A stretch of 64,000 nucleotides of DNA from an uncultured Lachnospiraceae bacterium (GCA_900553355.1 USDK01000002.1:3500-67499); one strand, 5' to 3'. Numbered from the stretch's first letter, positions 21,704 through 31,777 are shown. The notes: generated by a model from the letters alone, not told the origin. Made by a program: numbers and translations.

Positions 21704-23498
21704 GAAAGAGAAACAGATGGAAAAGAAAAAATCGGGCATACAAAGACGGTATCTGAGGTATACGATCGCCCTGCTGGGACTGGCGCTTCTGCTTTCCAGT
21801 CTGGGCGTGGGAATCTGTGTCAAGGTCAGGCTTACGAACACGGTCATCGATAAATATGAGTTTATGACAGAGCGGATGGGACTGACTCTGGAAAATCTGT
21901 TTCAGCAGAGCGATGAGGCGACGGCAGAATGTATTCTGGATGAGGATGTACAGCAGAGCCTGAGGAACCGGGGAATGGAAGAGGTAAGCCATATTGCGCT
22001 GAGTAAGTATTTTGCCTATGCAGACCTGGAACATATCGCAGATTACTGCTATATGGACAATAAGGGAAATGTGTACAGCAAGTCTTATACAGATGTGACC
22101 AGCCAGGATATCAAGGACAGTGGGTTTGAGGATTATCTGAGCGGAGAGTACGCTAAGACAACCTGGTTCTGGACAAAAGACACATTATTTGGTACGGGAG
22201 AAGAGGCTTTGTTTATCGGAAGATATGTCAGAAGCAAGGATTATCATCATGAACCAGGAATGCTGTTCTTCAAAATGGATGCCATGTTCCTCCAGGAGGT
22301 CACGGGAATGGGACAGGAGCTGACGGACGAGGCAGAGGTAGGAATTGTAGATGTGAACGGAAATTTCTGCCTTTCTTCGCTTCCAGAGGGGACTCAGATG
22401 GGAGAGGAGCGTCAGAAAGAGATTGGTTTTCGGATCGACGGAGATATGGAAGCCGGCATGTTCCTGGAAGGAGAACGAATAGAAGGCGGGGCACTTTCGG
22501 CCTACCGGGATCCAGACAGTGGCCTTGTGGTGTTTTCCTTTATCCCGAACAGGGTGTTGAACCAGGGGTTGTTTCCGGTACTTGCCGCCCTGGGGCTGAT
22601 TTATCTGCTGGTGATCGCGGTTGCGGTGGTTTTAAGTATTTATTTTTCCCGCAGGTTTACCAGGCCGATCCGGGAGATCCAGGCGGCCATGACAGAATTT
22701 GACGGAACTCGTTTTGACAGGACTATTGAACTGCATACCAATACAGAGCTGGACGAGATCGGGCATTCTTATAATGAAATGTTACGCAATATCGAAAAGC
22801 TGCTGGAAGAAATCAAATCTCAGGAGCGTGAGCTGAGAACATCAGAGCTTAATATGCTGATCAGTCAGATTAATCCACATTTTCTTTATAATACGCTGGA
22901 TACCATCTATATGCTGGCCAGGATCAATAAGGAAGAGACGACCATGCGGATGATACAGGCGCTGTCAAAATACCTGAGGCTGTCGCTGAGTAAGGGCGAA
23001 GACATTGTGACGGTGGAAGATGAGCTGGAAAATGTCAAAAGCTATATGGAGATCCAGCAGATCCGCAATGAGAATCTGTTTACTTATGAAATTGACTGCC
23101 AGGTTGATGGGGCACATACCTGGGTATTAAAGCTGATCCTTCAGCCGCTGGTGGAAAACGCAGTGAAATATGGCTTCCAGGATATTTTTGAAGGCGGTCT
23201 GATTAGAATAGAAGTATGGATGGAAGATAAATTTCTCTGCCTTAGCGTTTATAACAGCGGAACGCCGATTGAAACGGCTATGGAAACCAGGATTAATGGC
23301 ATGAAAGAGATGCAGCTGTCAGAATTGAAAGGGTGTTTTCCGGACCGTGGGCAAGGTTATGGAGTGGTAAATATTGTGACCCGGCTCAGGCTGAAGTATG
23401 GGGATGAAACCGTGTTCTGCTGCAGGGCAGAGGAAAATGGAACGAAGTTTACGATTAAAATTCCCGGAGGAGGAAGGCGAAAGGAAGATGAACAATAG
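21693..23498 (+). CDS. YesM/LytS-type sensor histidine kinase
   Basis: Two TM segments, HAMP, SQINPHFLYNTL, LQPLVENA; start at 21693 or 21717. Confidence 0.92.
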   Translation: MRDKKEKQMEKKKSGIQRRYLRYTIALLGLALLLSSLGVGICVKVRLTNTVIDKYEFMTERMGLTLENLFQQSDEATAECILDEDVQQSLRNRGMEEVSHIALSKYFAYADLEHIADYCYMDNKGNVYSKSYTDVTSQDIKDSGFEDYLSGEYAKTTWFWTKDTLFGTGEEALFIGRYVRSKDYHHEPGMLFFKMDAMFLQEVTGMGQELTDEAEVGIVDVNGNFCLSSLPEGTQMGEERQKEIGFRIDGDMEAGMFLEGERIEGGALSAYRDPDSGLVVFSFIPNRVLNQGLFPVLAALGLIYLLVIAVAVVLSIYFSRRFTRPIREIQAAMTEFDGTRFDRTIELHTNTELDEIGHSYNEMLRNIEKLLEEIKSQERELRTSELNMLISQINPHFLYNTLDTIYMLARINKEETTMRMIQALSKYLRLSLSKGEDIVTVEDELENVKSYMEIQQIRNENLFTYEIDCQVDGAHTWVLKLILQPLVENAVKYGFQDIFEGGLIRIEVWMEDKFLCLSVYNSGTPIETAMETRINGMKEMQLSELKGCFPDRGQGYGVVNIVTRLRLKYGDETVFCCRAEENGTKFTIKIPGGGRRKEDEQ

Positions 23499-24780
23499 TG
23501 AACATAAGAGGGCGGCAGTGCAGGCAGCGCTGATACCGCTGATATTTTCTGTGACACTGGCAGGGTGTGCTGCTCAGGCAGAGCCAAGAGAGGACAGCCG
23601 GGAAGAAGTGGCGATACCAATGGAGCTGATTGTGGATACTTCTACCGGAAATAAAAACGAAGAAAATGTGATCCAGGCTTTCAATAAGATTTACAAGGGA
23701 AAATGGCATGCGGATGTGGAGTGGGTCATGGAGACGGAAGAGGAATACCGCCAGAATTTAAAACGGCAGAATGTGACGGATACGCTGCCTGCCGTGATCA
23801 CGGATCTTCGGATGCTGCCGGCCCTTTACTATATGATGATTCAGGATGGGAGGATCGAAGAGCTTTCCTCTTATATTGAAAGCGATGAAGAATGGAAGGA
23901 TATGATAGAGCCTGCGGTGCTAAGATCCTGCAGCGAGGAAGACGGAAGCATATACTTAGGGCCTGTCAGTACGGCGGCTTTTTCCTGCTCTGGTATGTTC
24001 TGGAACGAAGAGCTGTTTGCCCAGGCAGGGATACAAGAATTTCCCCAGACCTGGGAAGAATTCTGGGACTGCTGTGAGCGGCTTGAAAATGCAGGGATCA
24101 CTCCGCTTGCGCTGCACACAGAAGGCACCGGCTGGGCGCCTATGCTGATTGCCACGGCAGAAGCAGGGTCCACAGAAGCAGGTGCGGAATTTATGCAGCA
24201 GTTTTATCCAGAAAGTTATCAGACGGAGGGAGGGGTCCGGATTGCCCAGACCTTACAGCGGCTGTTATCTTATACCACCAAAGATGCGATGTACTCGGAT
24301 TTTGATGTGGCCTATGAAAATTTTTTCGCGGGGAAGGCAGCGATGATTCCCAACGGATACTGGATGATGGATCAGATTCCGGAAGAATGGCAGGACCGGG
24401 TACGGTTTTCAGCGTTTCCCGAAAACTGTATGGTGTCATCCCCGGAAACCTTTGGATGGGCTATCGTGTCTAGTTATGACGAAGAAGTAAAAGAAGGCGC
24501 AGCGGCGCTTTTGAAGCTTCGAACTCAGATGGATCTGGAACAGAGAGAAGAATTGTTTGCAAAGGATAGTGAGAATCTGATACCGGCAGAGAAGGATTAT
24601 ATAGAAGCGTACAAAAGGGAGCCCAGCCTGGTTCCCAATTACCAGGTGAAGTGGAATCCAATCCTGCAGGAGGAGACGCTGGGTGAGATCCTGCCTAAGC
24701 TTGCGCTGGGGGAGATCAGTCCGGAAGAATTTACAAAGATTGAAGATGAGAGTATCCGGGAGTTTGAAGAAGAGCAGTGA
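23488..24780 (+). CDS. Sugar solute-binding lipoprotein coupled to the two-component system
   Basis: Lipobox LAGC; WNEELF..AGI, PQTWEEF, AMIPNG.W; overlaps the kinase stop. Confidence 0.85.
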   Translation: MNNSEHKRAAVQAALIPLIFSVTLAGCAAQAEPREDSREEVAIPMELIVDTSTGNKNEENVIQAFNKIYKGKWHADVEWVMETEEEYRQNLKRQNVTDTLPAVITDLRMLPALYYMMIQDGRIEELSSYIESDEEWKDMIEPAVLRSCSEEDGSIYLGPVSTAAFSCSGMFWNEELFAQAGIQEFPQTWEEFWDCCERLENAGITPLALHTEGTGWAPMLIATAEAGSTEAGAEFMQQFYPESYQTEGGVRIAQTLQRLLSYTTKDAMYSDFDVAYENFFAGKAAMIPNGYWMMDQIPEEWQDRVRFSAFPENCMVSSPETFGWAIVSSYDEEVKEGAAALLKLRTQMDLEQREELFAKDSENLIPAEKDYIEAYKREPSLVPNYQVKWNPILQEETLGEILPKLALGEISPEEFTKIEDESIREFEEEQ

Positions 24781-24792
24781 GGTGGTATTTTT

Positions 24793-24848
24793 TTTGATAT
24801 TTCTGGTTTGGGATTTGATAACGCGCGCGAGCCTGAGATTGCTATAAT
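24793..24848 (+). promoter_or_regulatory. Activator-dependent promoter with a TTTGATA direct repeat
   Basis: TTTGATA at 24793 and 24814 (21-bp period); TGcTATAAT extended -10; poor -35. Confidence 0.55.
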
Positions 24849-24896
24849 GAGCCCAGAACAAAGAAAGCAAAGACTTTCAGAAAAGTGAGGGACGAT

Positions 24897-26207
24897 ATGA
24901 AAAAGAAAAAAGTATTATCAATGTTACTGGTATTAGCAATGACAGCAGGACTCGCAGCAGGATGCGGAAGCTCATCTGATTCTGGCAGCAGTGCAGATTC
25001 AGATGCAGAGGGCCAGGTATATTATCTGAATTTCAAACCGGAAGCAGATGAATACTGGCAGGATCTGGCGGAAACTTATACGGAAGAGACAGGAGTGCCG
25101 GTTACCGTCCTGACAGCGGCATCAGGAGAGTATGAGAAAACCCTGAAATCAGAGATGGCAAAGACAGATGCGCCGACTCTTTTCCAGGTAAACGGGCCGG
25201 TAGGACTTGCCAGCTGGAAGGATTACTGCTATGATCTGTCAGATTCGGATATTGCAGGAGAGCTGACGGATGACAGCTTTGCGCTGATGGATGGGGACAA
25301 GATGGCAGGTATCGCATACGTCATCGAAAATTATGGAATTATTTACAACAAAGCGCTTCTTAAGGAAGCCGGGTATACGGCAGATGACATCACAGATTTT
25401 GACAGCCTCAAAGAAGTAGTGGAAGATATCACAGACAGAAAGGATGATCTGGGATTTTCGGCATTTACATCCGCAGGAATGGACAGTTCTTCTGACTGGA
25501 GATTTAAGACCCACCTGGCAAACCTTCCGATCTACTATGAGTACAAGGATGAAGGAATTGACAATACGGATGCGATCAAGGGAACTTATCTAGACAACTA
25601 TCGTCAGATCTGGGATCTCTACATCAATAATGCAACATGTGAGCCGACAGAGATTTCTACAAAGACAGCCGATGATGCGACGGCAGAATTTGTAACAGAG
25701 GAAGCTGTTTTCTATCAGAACGGAACCTGGGAATACAACAATATCGCAGATGTTGGAGATGAAAATCTTGGAATCCTGCCGATCTATATCGGGGTAGATG
25801 GAGAAGAAGATCAGGGCGTCTGCACAGGAACAGAGAACTACTGGTGCGTCAATTCTAAGGCATCTGAAGAAGATATTCAGGCAACACTGGATTTCATGAA
25901 TTGGTGCGTAACTTCTGATGCAGGAGTAGAGGCTATGTGCAAGGATATGGGCTTTGTGATTCCATTCAAATCAAACCTTGAGTCTGACAATGTACTGGTA
26001 AATGAGGCAAATGCATATATGGAAGAGGGAAAGACTCCTGTTACATGGGTATTCTCAACCATGCCTTCTGAAGAGTGGAAAAACGGCGTGGGCTCTGCGC
26101 TGACCGCATATGCGGCAGACCAGACAGATGCGAACTGGGATGCAGTGGTGAGTGCATTTGTTGACGGATGGGCGACAGAAGCGGCAGCTTCTTCGAACGC
26201 AGAATAA
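24897..26207 (+). CDS. Carbohydrate ABC transporter substrate-binding lipoprotein (MsmE-like)
   Basis: Signal peptide with AAGC lipobox; YYLNFKPE, YGIIYNK, FYQNGTW. Confidence 0.9.
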   Translation: MKKKKVLSMLLVLAMTAGLAAGCGSSSDSGSSADSDAEGQVYYLNFKPEADEYWQDLAETYTEETGVPVTVLTAASGEYEKTLKSEMAKTDAPTLFQVNGPVGLASWKDYCYDLSDSDIAGELTDDSFALMDGDKMAGIAYVIENYGIIYNKALLKEAGYTADDITDFDSLKEVVEDITDRKDDLGFSAFTSAGMDSSSDWRFKTHLANLPIYYEYKDEGIDNTDAIKGTYLDNYRQIWDLYINNATCEPTEISTKTADDATAEFVTEEAVFYQNGTWEYNNIADVGDENLGILPIYIGVDGEEDQGVCTGTENYWCVNSKASEEDIQATLDFMNWCVTSDAGVEAMCKDMGFVIPFKSNLESDNVLVNEANAYMEEGKTPVTWVFSTMPSEEWKNGVGSALTAYAADQTDANWDAVVSAFVDGWATEAAASSNAE

Positions 26208-26217
26208 AACAGACAGG

Positions 26218-26253
26218 AAGCGGCGAGCAGACGTGGTCTGAACGCCGCTTTTT
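26218..26253 (+). terminator. Intercistronic hairpin or partial terminator after the binding-protein gene
   Basis: AAGCGGCG...CGCCGCTTTTT. Confidence 0.6.
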
Positions 26254-26270
26254 AAAAGGAGGAGAGATAT

Positions 26271-27113
26271 ATGGAGAAAGCAATGAAACGCTGCATGCCG
26301 GTCTTTGTACTTCCCACATTCTGCGCATTTATCCTGGGATTTATCGTGCCGTTTCTTATGGGGATCTGGTTGTCCTTCTGTAAATTTACTACGGTTACCG
26401 ACGCCCGGTTTGTGGGGATTTCGAATTATGTGGAGGCTCTGAAAGATACGGTTTTCCGCCATTCTTTCTGGTATACGGCCTTGTTTGCGGTGGTGTCTTT
26501 AGTCGTGATCAATGTATTTGCCTTCGCGCTGGCCATGGCGCTGACACAGCAGCTTAAGGGAACCAATATTTTCCGTACGATTTTTTTTATGCCAAATCTG
26601 ATCGGCGGTATTGTGTTAGGATATATCTGGCAGCTGATCTTTAACGGAATACTGGCTCGTTATCAGACGGCGCTGGGGCTGAATGAATGGTATGGATTCT
26701 GGGGACTGATCATCCTGGTGAGCTGGCAGCAGATTGGTTATATGATGATTATCTATATTGCCGGCCTACAGTCCATTCCAGGAGACGTGATGGAAGCGGC
26801 GCAGATTGACGGAGCAAGCCGGATCCAGCGGCTTTTCAAGGTGACAATCCCGATGATGATGCCTTCTATTACAATCTGTATGTTCCTGTCTATCACCAAC
26901 GGCTTTAAACTCTTTGATCAGAACCTGTCGCTGACTGCAGGCGAACCGGCTAAGATGTCAGAAATGATGGCGCTTAACATTTTCAACACCTTCTATGGCA
27001 GGACCGGATGGGAAGGAGTCGGACAGGCAAAAGCAGTGATCTTCTTTATCATCGTAGTAGGAATTGGTATGATCCAGCTGCGGGCGACCCGTTCAAAGGA
27101 GGTGCAGCAGTAA
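26271..27113 (+). CDS. Carbohydrate ABC transporter permease (MsmF-like)
   Basis: EAAQIDGA EAA loop; multiple TM segments. Confidence 0.93.
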   Translation: MEKAMKRCMPVFVLPTFCAFILGFIVPFLMGIWLSFCKFTTVTDARFVGISNYVEALKDTVFRHSFWYTALFAVVSLVVINVFAFALAMALTQQLKGTNIFRTIFFMPNLIGGIVLGYIWQLIFNGILARYQTALGLNEWYGFWGLIILVSWQQIGYMMIIYIAGLQSIPGDVMEAAQIDGASRIQRLFKVTIPMMMPSITICMFLSITNGFKLFDQNLSLTAGEPAKMSEMMALNIFNTFYGRTGWEGVGQAKAVIFFIIVVGIGMIQLRATRSKEVQQ

Positions 27114-27950
27114 ATGAAAAAGAAACAGATATTCGGCGCGGCCGGAACAGGCATATTTACGATTCTCGGGGTAGTCTATATTCTGCCGATCTTGATCGTG
27201 CTCATGAATTCTTTTAAAAAGAAAGTATACATCAACAAAGAACCCTTTAAACTACCTGTCGAAAAGACCTGGAATGGAATTGAGAATTATCTGACGGCTA
27301 TCGATAAATATGAGCTTCTGAGTGCGGTCGGCTGGACGGTGCTTATCACGCTGGGATCAGTGCTGGTGATCCTGATCTGTACATCCATGTGTGCCTGGTA
27401 TATTACCAGGGTAAAAACGACGTTTACAAAGACGTTGTATCTGTTGTGTGTGTTTTCTATGGTCGTTCCCTTCCAGATGGTGATGTTTACCCTCTCTCTG
27501 GTGGCAGACCGGACAGGACTGAACACGCCGTGGGGGATCATCATTATTTATCTGGGATTCGGTGCCGGACTTGCGGTCTTTATGTTCTGCGGATTTGTAA
27601 AATCGATCCCACTGGAAATCGAAGAGGCGGCGCTGATCGACGGGTGTACACCTCTGCAGACCTTTTTCAGGGTGGTGCTTCCGATCATGAAACCGACCTA
27701 TATTTCCGTGGGGATCTTGGAGACAATGTGGATCTGGAATGATTTCCTGCTGCCTTATCTGGTGCTGGATCTGAATAAATATAAGACCATTTCCATTGCG
27801 ATTCAGTATATGAAAGGAAGCTATGGACGGGTAGATATGGGCGCGGTTATGGCGGCGCTGATCCTGGCGGTAATTCCGGTGATCATCTTCTATCTGTCCT
27901 GCCAGAAACATATTATCAAAGGCGTGGCGGCTGGTGCGGTGAAAGGATAA
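27114..27950 (+). CDS. Carbohydrate ABC transporter permease (MsmG-like)
   Basis: IEEAALIDGC, WNDFLLP. Confidence 0.93.
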   Translation: MKKKQIFGAAGTGIFTILGVVYILPILIVLMNSFKKKVYINKEPFKLPVEKTWNGIENYLTAIDKYELLSAVGWTVLITLGSVLVILICTSMCAWYITRVKTTFTKTLYLLCVFSMVVPFQMVMFTLSLVADRTGLNTPWGIIIIYLGFGAGLAVFMFCGFVKSIPLEIEEAALIDGCTPLQTFFRVVLPIMKPTYISVGILETMWIWNDFLLPYLVLDLNKYKTISIAIQYMKGSYGRVDMGAVMAALILAVIPVIIFYLSCQKHIIKGVAAGAVKG

Positions 27951-28012
27951 GAAACACATGGAAGATTTCTTGCATATAATAGCATAGATACTGATTTTAG
28001 GAGTGTGCCCGT

Positions 28013-28369
28013 ATGGAACAGAAACTTCCCTATTATATGGTCTATCCGATGCCTTTTTTGTATGATGATGAGAGGCAGGCGAGAAGAGACATGGAGTACA
28101 TGAAAGGCCTGTATCCGGAGACGGCAAAGCGGCTGACACCTTATGTGGAAGAGGAATGTGACCGCCTGATGTATGACGGAAGCATGATCTATGATGAATA
28201 CCCGGATCCGCTTCAGCTTCGTCTGATCTGCAGACGAGTGTTTGACCGGGCTTCGGAAGACGAAGAGAAGCCGGGGAGCTGGATGCAGGATCTGATCCAG
28301 GTCATGACCTATCAGGAGATCTTAAGAAGACGGAGCGAATACCGCAGCAGCAAAAGAAGATTTTACTGA
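28013..28369 (+). CDS. Conserved hypothetical protein, possibly sporulation-related
   Basis: AGGAG RBS; own terminator; EEECDRLMYDGSMIYDEYPD segment. Confidence 0.7.
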   Translation: MEQKLPYYMVYPMPFLYDDERQARRDMEYMKGLYPETAKRLTPYVEEECDRLMYDGSMIYDEYPDPLQLRLICRRVFDRASEDEEKPGSWMQDLIQVMTYQEILRRRSEYRSSKRRFY

Positions 28370-28375
28370 AATAAG

Positions 28376-28416
28376 AAGGAGCCGGACCCTGGCATTAAGG
28401 GCCTGACTCCTTTTTT
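28376..28416 (+). terminator. Intrinsic terminator
   Basis: AAGGAG...CTCCTTTTTT. Confidence 0.65.
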
Positions 28417-28486
28417 AGAATGGACGAATGCGGAAAGTTGTGATAAAATACACAAAGCGCGAAAGAAGAAAGGAGAAAGGCGGTAT

Positions 28487-28999
28487 ATGGATAATATCAT
28501 ATTTATCGGTATGCCTGCGGTGGGGAAAAGTACCGTAGGGGTAGTCGTGGCAAAACGTCTGGGATATCGGTTTGTAGATGCGGATATTTTGATTCAGGAG
28601 ACTGAGGGAAAGCTTTTAAAAGAGATTATCCAGGAAAAGGGTATCGAGGGATTCCTGCAGGTAGAAGACCGGGTAAATGCCGGGATCTGTGCGGACCATG
28701 CCGTGATTTCACCGGGAGGAAGCGTGGTATACTGCGAAAACGCCATGAATCATTATAAAGAAATCGGCAGAATCGTATATTTAAAGGCATCTTACGAGAC
28801 AATAAATAAAAGATTGAATAATGCAAGAAACAGGGGCGTAGTATTAAAGGATGGACAGTCCCTGAAAGATCTGTATGAGGAGCGGGTAAAGCTGTTTGAA
28901 AGGTATGCAGATATTACGATCTGCGAAGACGGGATGGAGCTGGAAGAGACGATTCAGGCAGTGCTGGATGCAGTGGAAAAGGATAAAAAACATCAATAA
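28487..28999 (+). CDS. aroK: Shikimate kinase
   Basis: GMPAVGKS P-loop, FVDAD, SPGGS, LYEER. Confidence 0.88.
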   Translation: MDNIIFIGMPAVGKSTVGVVVAKRLGYRFVDADILIQETEGKLLKEIIQEKGIEGFLQVEDRVNAGICADHAVISPGGSVVYCENAMNHYKEIGRIVYLKASYETINKRLNNARNRGVVLKDGQSLKDLYEERVKLFERYADITICEDGMELEETIQAVLDAVEKDKKHQ

Positions 29000-29132
29000 A
29001 GATATTACAGATAAGTTACAAAATGTAAAAAATGTTTTACAAATGCAAATTCTATGATATAATATCGAAGAATATAGAGTTGAAAATTTGTAAAATGAGA
29101 GTAAAATAGATTGTATTTTTTTGAGGTGTGTT

Positions 29133-30425
29133 ATGGAACAATATATTATTAAGGGCGGACATCCGCTGGTCGGAGAAGTAGAGATTGGCGGTGCGAAGAA
29201 TGCTGCGCTTGCGATTTTGTCTGCGGCAATTATGACAGATGAAACGGTATTGATCGATAATCTTCCGGATGTAAATGATATCAATGTATTGCTGGATGCA
29301 ATCGAGGGGATTGGGGCAATGGTTCACCGGGTGGACAGACATACGGTGAAGATTAATGGAAAAAATATTCATGATATTTCTATCGAATATGATTATATTA
29401 AAAAAATCCGTGCGTCCTATTATCTGCTGGGGGCGCTGCTTGGAAAATATAAACGTGCAGAGGTAGCTCTGCCGGGCGGATGCAATATCGGAAGCCGTCC
29501 GATCGACCAGCATATCAAAGGATTCCGTGCGCTGGGTGCAGATGTTGAGATTGAATTTGGCAAGATCATGGCTGAGGCGGATCGTCTGGTCGGAAAGCAT
29601 ATTTATTTTGACGTGGTCAGTGTGGGGGCAACCATCAACGTAATGATGGCAGCAGCTATGGCAGAGGGTATGACGATCCTTGAGAACGTGGCCAAGGAAC
29701 CGCATGTGGTTGATGTGGCAAATTTCCTGAACAGTATGGGAGCCAACATCCGCGGCGCCGGTACAGACGTGATCAAGATCCGTGGCGTACAGAGCCTTCA
29801 CGGTACAGAATATTCCGTAATCCCGGATCAGATTGAGGCCGGAACCTTTATGTTTGCGGCAGCAGCTACAAAGGGAGACGTGACAGTCTTAAATGTAATT
29901 CCGAAGCACCTGGAAGCAACTATTGCAAAGCTGGTAGAGATTGGATGCGAAGTAGAAGAGTTTGACGATGCGGTCCGCGTGGTGTCCAAGGGCAACTTAA
30001 GAAGCACACACGTAAAGACCCTGCCATATCCAGGATTCCCGACAGACATGCAGCCACAGATCGGCGTGACGCTGGCTCTGTGCAAGGGGACAAGTATTAT
30101 TACAGAAAGTATTTTTGAGAATCGTTTCAAATATCTGGATGAGCTGGCAAGAATGGGCGCAAATATTAAGATCGAAGGAAATTCCGCAACCATCGAAGGC
30201 GTAGATCACTTCACCGGAGCAAGAGTCAGCGCGCCGGATCTGCGCGCAGGCGCAGCACTGTGCATCGCAGGGCTGGCAACCGACGGAATTACTATCGTGG
30301 ATGACATCGTGTATATCCAGAGAGGCTACGAAAGATTCGAAGAAAAACTTCGCTCAATTGGCGGAATTATCGAAAAAGTATCAACAGAAAAAGAAATTCA
30401 GAAGTTCAAATTAAAAGTAGGTTAA
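29133..30425 (+). CDS. murA: UDP-N-acetylglucosamine 1-carboxyvinyltransferase
   Basis: GAKNA, RASYY, LPGGCNIGSRPID, PGFPTDMQ, DLRAG. Confidence 0.97.
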   Translation: MEQYIIKGGHPLVGEVEIGGAKNAALAILSAAIMTDETVLIDNLPDVNDINVLLDAIEGIGAMVHRVDRHTVKINGKNIHDISIEYDYIKKIRASYYLLGALLGKYKRAEVALPGGCNIGSRPIDQHIKGFRALGADVEIEFGKIMAEADRLVGKHIYFDVVSVGATINVMMAAAMAEGMTILENVAKEPHVVDVANFLNSMGANIRGAGTDVIKIRGVQSLHGTEYSVIPDQIEAGTFMFAAAATKGDVTVLNVIPKHLEATIAKLVEIGCEVEEFDDAVRVVSKGNLRSTHVKTLPYPGFPTDMQPQIGVTLALCKGTSIITESIFENRFKYLDELARMGANIKIEGNSATIEGVDHFTGARVSAPDLRAGAALCIAGLATDGITIVDDIVYIQRGYERFEEKLRSIGGIIEKVSTEKEIQKFKLKVG

Positions 30426-30429
30426 GTTC

Positions 30430-30479
30430 TTTCAATTGGGGACGGGGGATTTTCGGAAATCCCCCGTCCCCAATTGAAA
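30430..30479. repeat. 23-bp-arm perfect palindrome (GGGGACG...CGTCCCC type)
   Basis: TTTCAATTGGGGACGGGGGATTT-TCGG-AAATCCCCCGTCCCCAATTGAAA. Confidence 0.85.
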
Positions 30480-30504
30480 TTTATGTGGAAAATGTGGATA
30501 ACAT

Positions 30505-31686
30505 ATGTGGAAAGAGTGGAAAAGTAACAGGTATTTTATTTTGGTGGTTGCGGCGGCTGTAAATTTTGTGCATGGCAACCCGTATATCTGGACGGTGTTT
30601 CAGCCGTATATGCAGAAGGAGTTTGGGGTGTCGACGGCTGTGTCCAGCCAGCCGTTTACTTTGATCATCGGAGTGTTTGCCTTTGGAAATATGATTGGTG
30701 GATATTTGCAGCACAGGATCGGGGCAAAGAAGACGATGTTGTACGGAAGTCTGTTTATGTGTCTGGGCTTTTTGATGGCAGCGCTGGCGCCGCAGGACGC
30801 GCCGTGGATGGTTTCGCTTGGGTACGGCGTGATTGGAGGACTGGGATCCGGCTGTGCTTTCAGTATGCTGGTGGCAGTGCCGCAAGGCTGGTTCCCGGAC
30901 AAACGTGGGCTGGTTACCGGGATCACCATCGGCGTGATCGGAATCTCAGGTGTGGTCATGAATCCGCTGTGTGACTGGATCCTGTCGAGAAAAGGGTTTC
31001 ATTTTGCCATGCTTATCGTGACGGTCATTTATGCAGTGCTGTGCCTGGGCGGTTTTTTCCTGGAAGAAGCTCCGGAGGAAATTCAGAGGCGCGGTACCGG
31101 GAATGGAGAAATGGACGAGATGTGGAAGGAAAAGGACCAGAGGCAGTATACCGTAGTGGAAATGATGAAGACCAAGCGCTATTACTGGATCAGCCTGGCA
31201 ATGGCATTAGCGGTGCCGGCGTATGTACTGGTCAATCCTCTGATGAAGTCTCTGGGCATGGAAAGGGGCCTTACGGGGGCGCAGGCGCTGGCCGGTGTAA
31301 CGATCGCGTCGGTGGCAAACATTGTCGGCCGTGTGGCGGCGCCGTGGCTGTCTGATAAAATCGGACGGAAGAGCGTCGTTTATCTTTTGTTTATTCTGGC
31401 AATGTTTTCCTCATTTGGACTCATGGCGGCCGGAGGGATACTGTTTGCTGCGTTATGCTCTGTGATCTGTATGGTATACGGAGGCGTGGTGAGCGTATTT
31501 CCGGTACTGGTATCTGATTGTTTCGGCATGAAACATCAGGGCACAAATTTTGGAGCAGTCATGATCGGATATGGAATTGCCTCCGTACTCTGCCCGGTGC
31601 TGCTGGAGACGGCAGGACAGGTAAATGCGCTGCTGGCCGCCGGAGTCTGCTGTGTGGCAGGACTGGCCGCAACGAAAAAAATCTAA
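30505..31686 (+). CDS. MFS transporter, OFA (oxalate/formate antiporter)-like
   Basis: Multiple TM segments; WFPDKRGL.TG; W.SDKIGRK; FG.KH.GTNFG. Confidence 0.85.
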   Translation: MWKEWKSNRYFILVVAAAVNFVHGNPYIWTVFQPYMQKEFGVSTAVSSQPFTLIIGVFAFGNMIGGYLQHRIGAKKTMLYGSLFMCLGFLMAALAPQDAPWMVSLGYGVIGGLGSGCAFSMLVAVPQGWFPDKRGLVTGITIGVIGISGVVMNPLCDWILSRKGFHFAMLIVTVIYAVLCLGGFFLEEAPEEIQRRGTGNGEMDEMWKEKDQRQYTVVEMMKTKRYYWISLAMALAVPAYVLVNPLMKSLGMERGLTGAQALAGVTIASVANIVGRVAAPWLSDKIGRKSVVYLLFILAMFSSFGLMAAGGILFAALCSVICMVYGGVVSVFPVLVSDCFGMKHQGTNFGAVMIGYGIASVLCPVLLETAGQVNALLAAGVCCVAGLAATKKI

Positions 31687-31711
31687 GGAGGCACAGGATA
31701 AAAATTGGCTC

Positions 31712-31740
31712 TTGACAACCTGTGTAAAAGAGTGTAAAGT
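31712..31740 (+). promoter_or_regulatory. Sigma-A promoter of the metK leader
   Basis: TTGACA, 17 bp, TAAAGT. Confidence 0.75.
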
Positions 31741-31777
31741 CTTACTCGTACATAAAATTTAACATATTGCAGACTTT

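Noticed and set aside
29052..29801. 249-aa minus-strand ORF
   Set aside because: Shadow of murA
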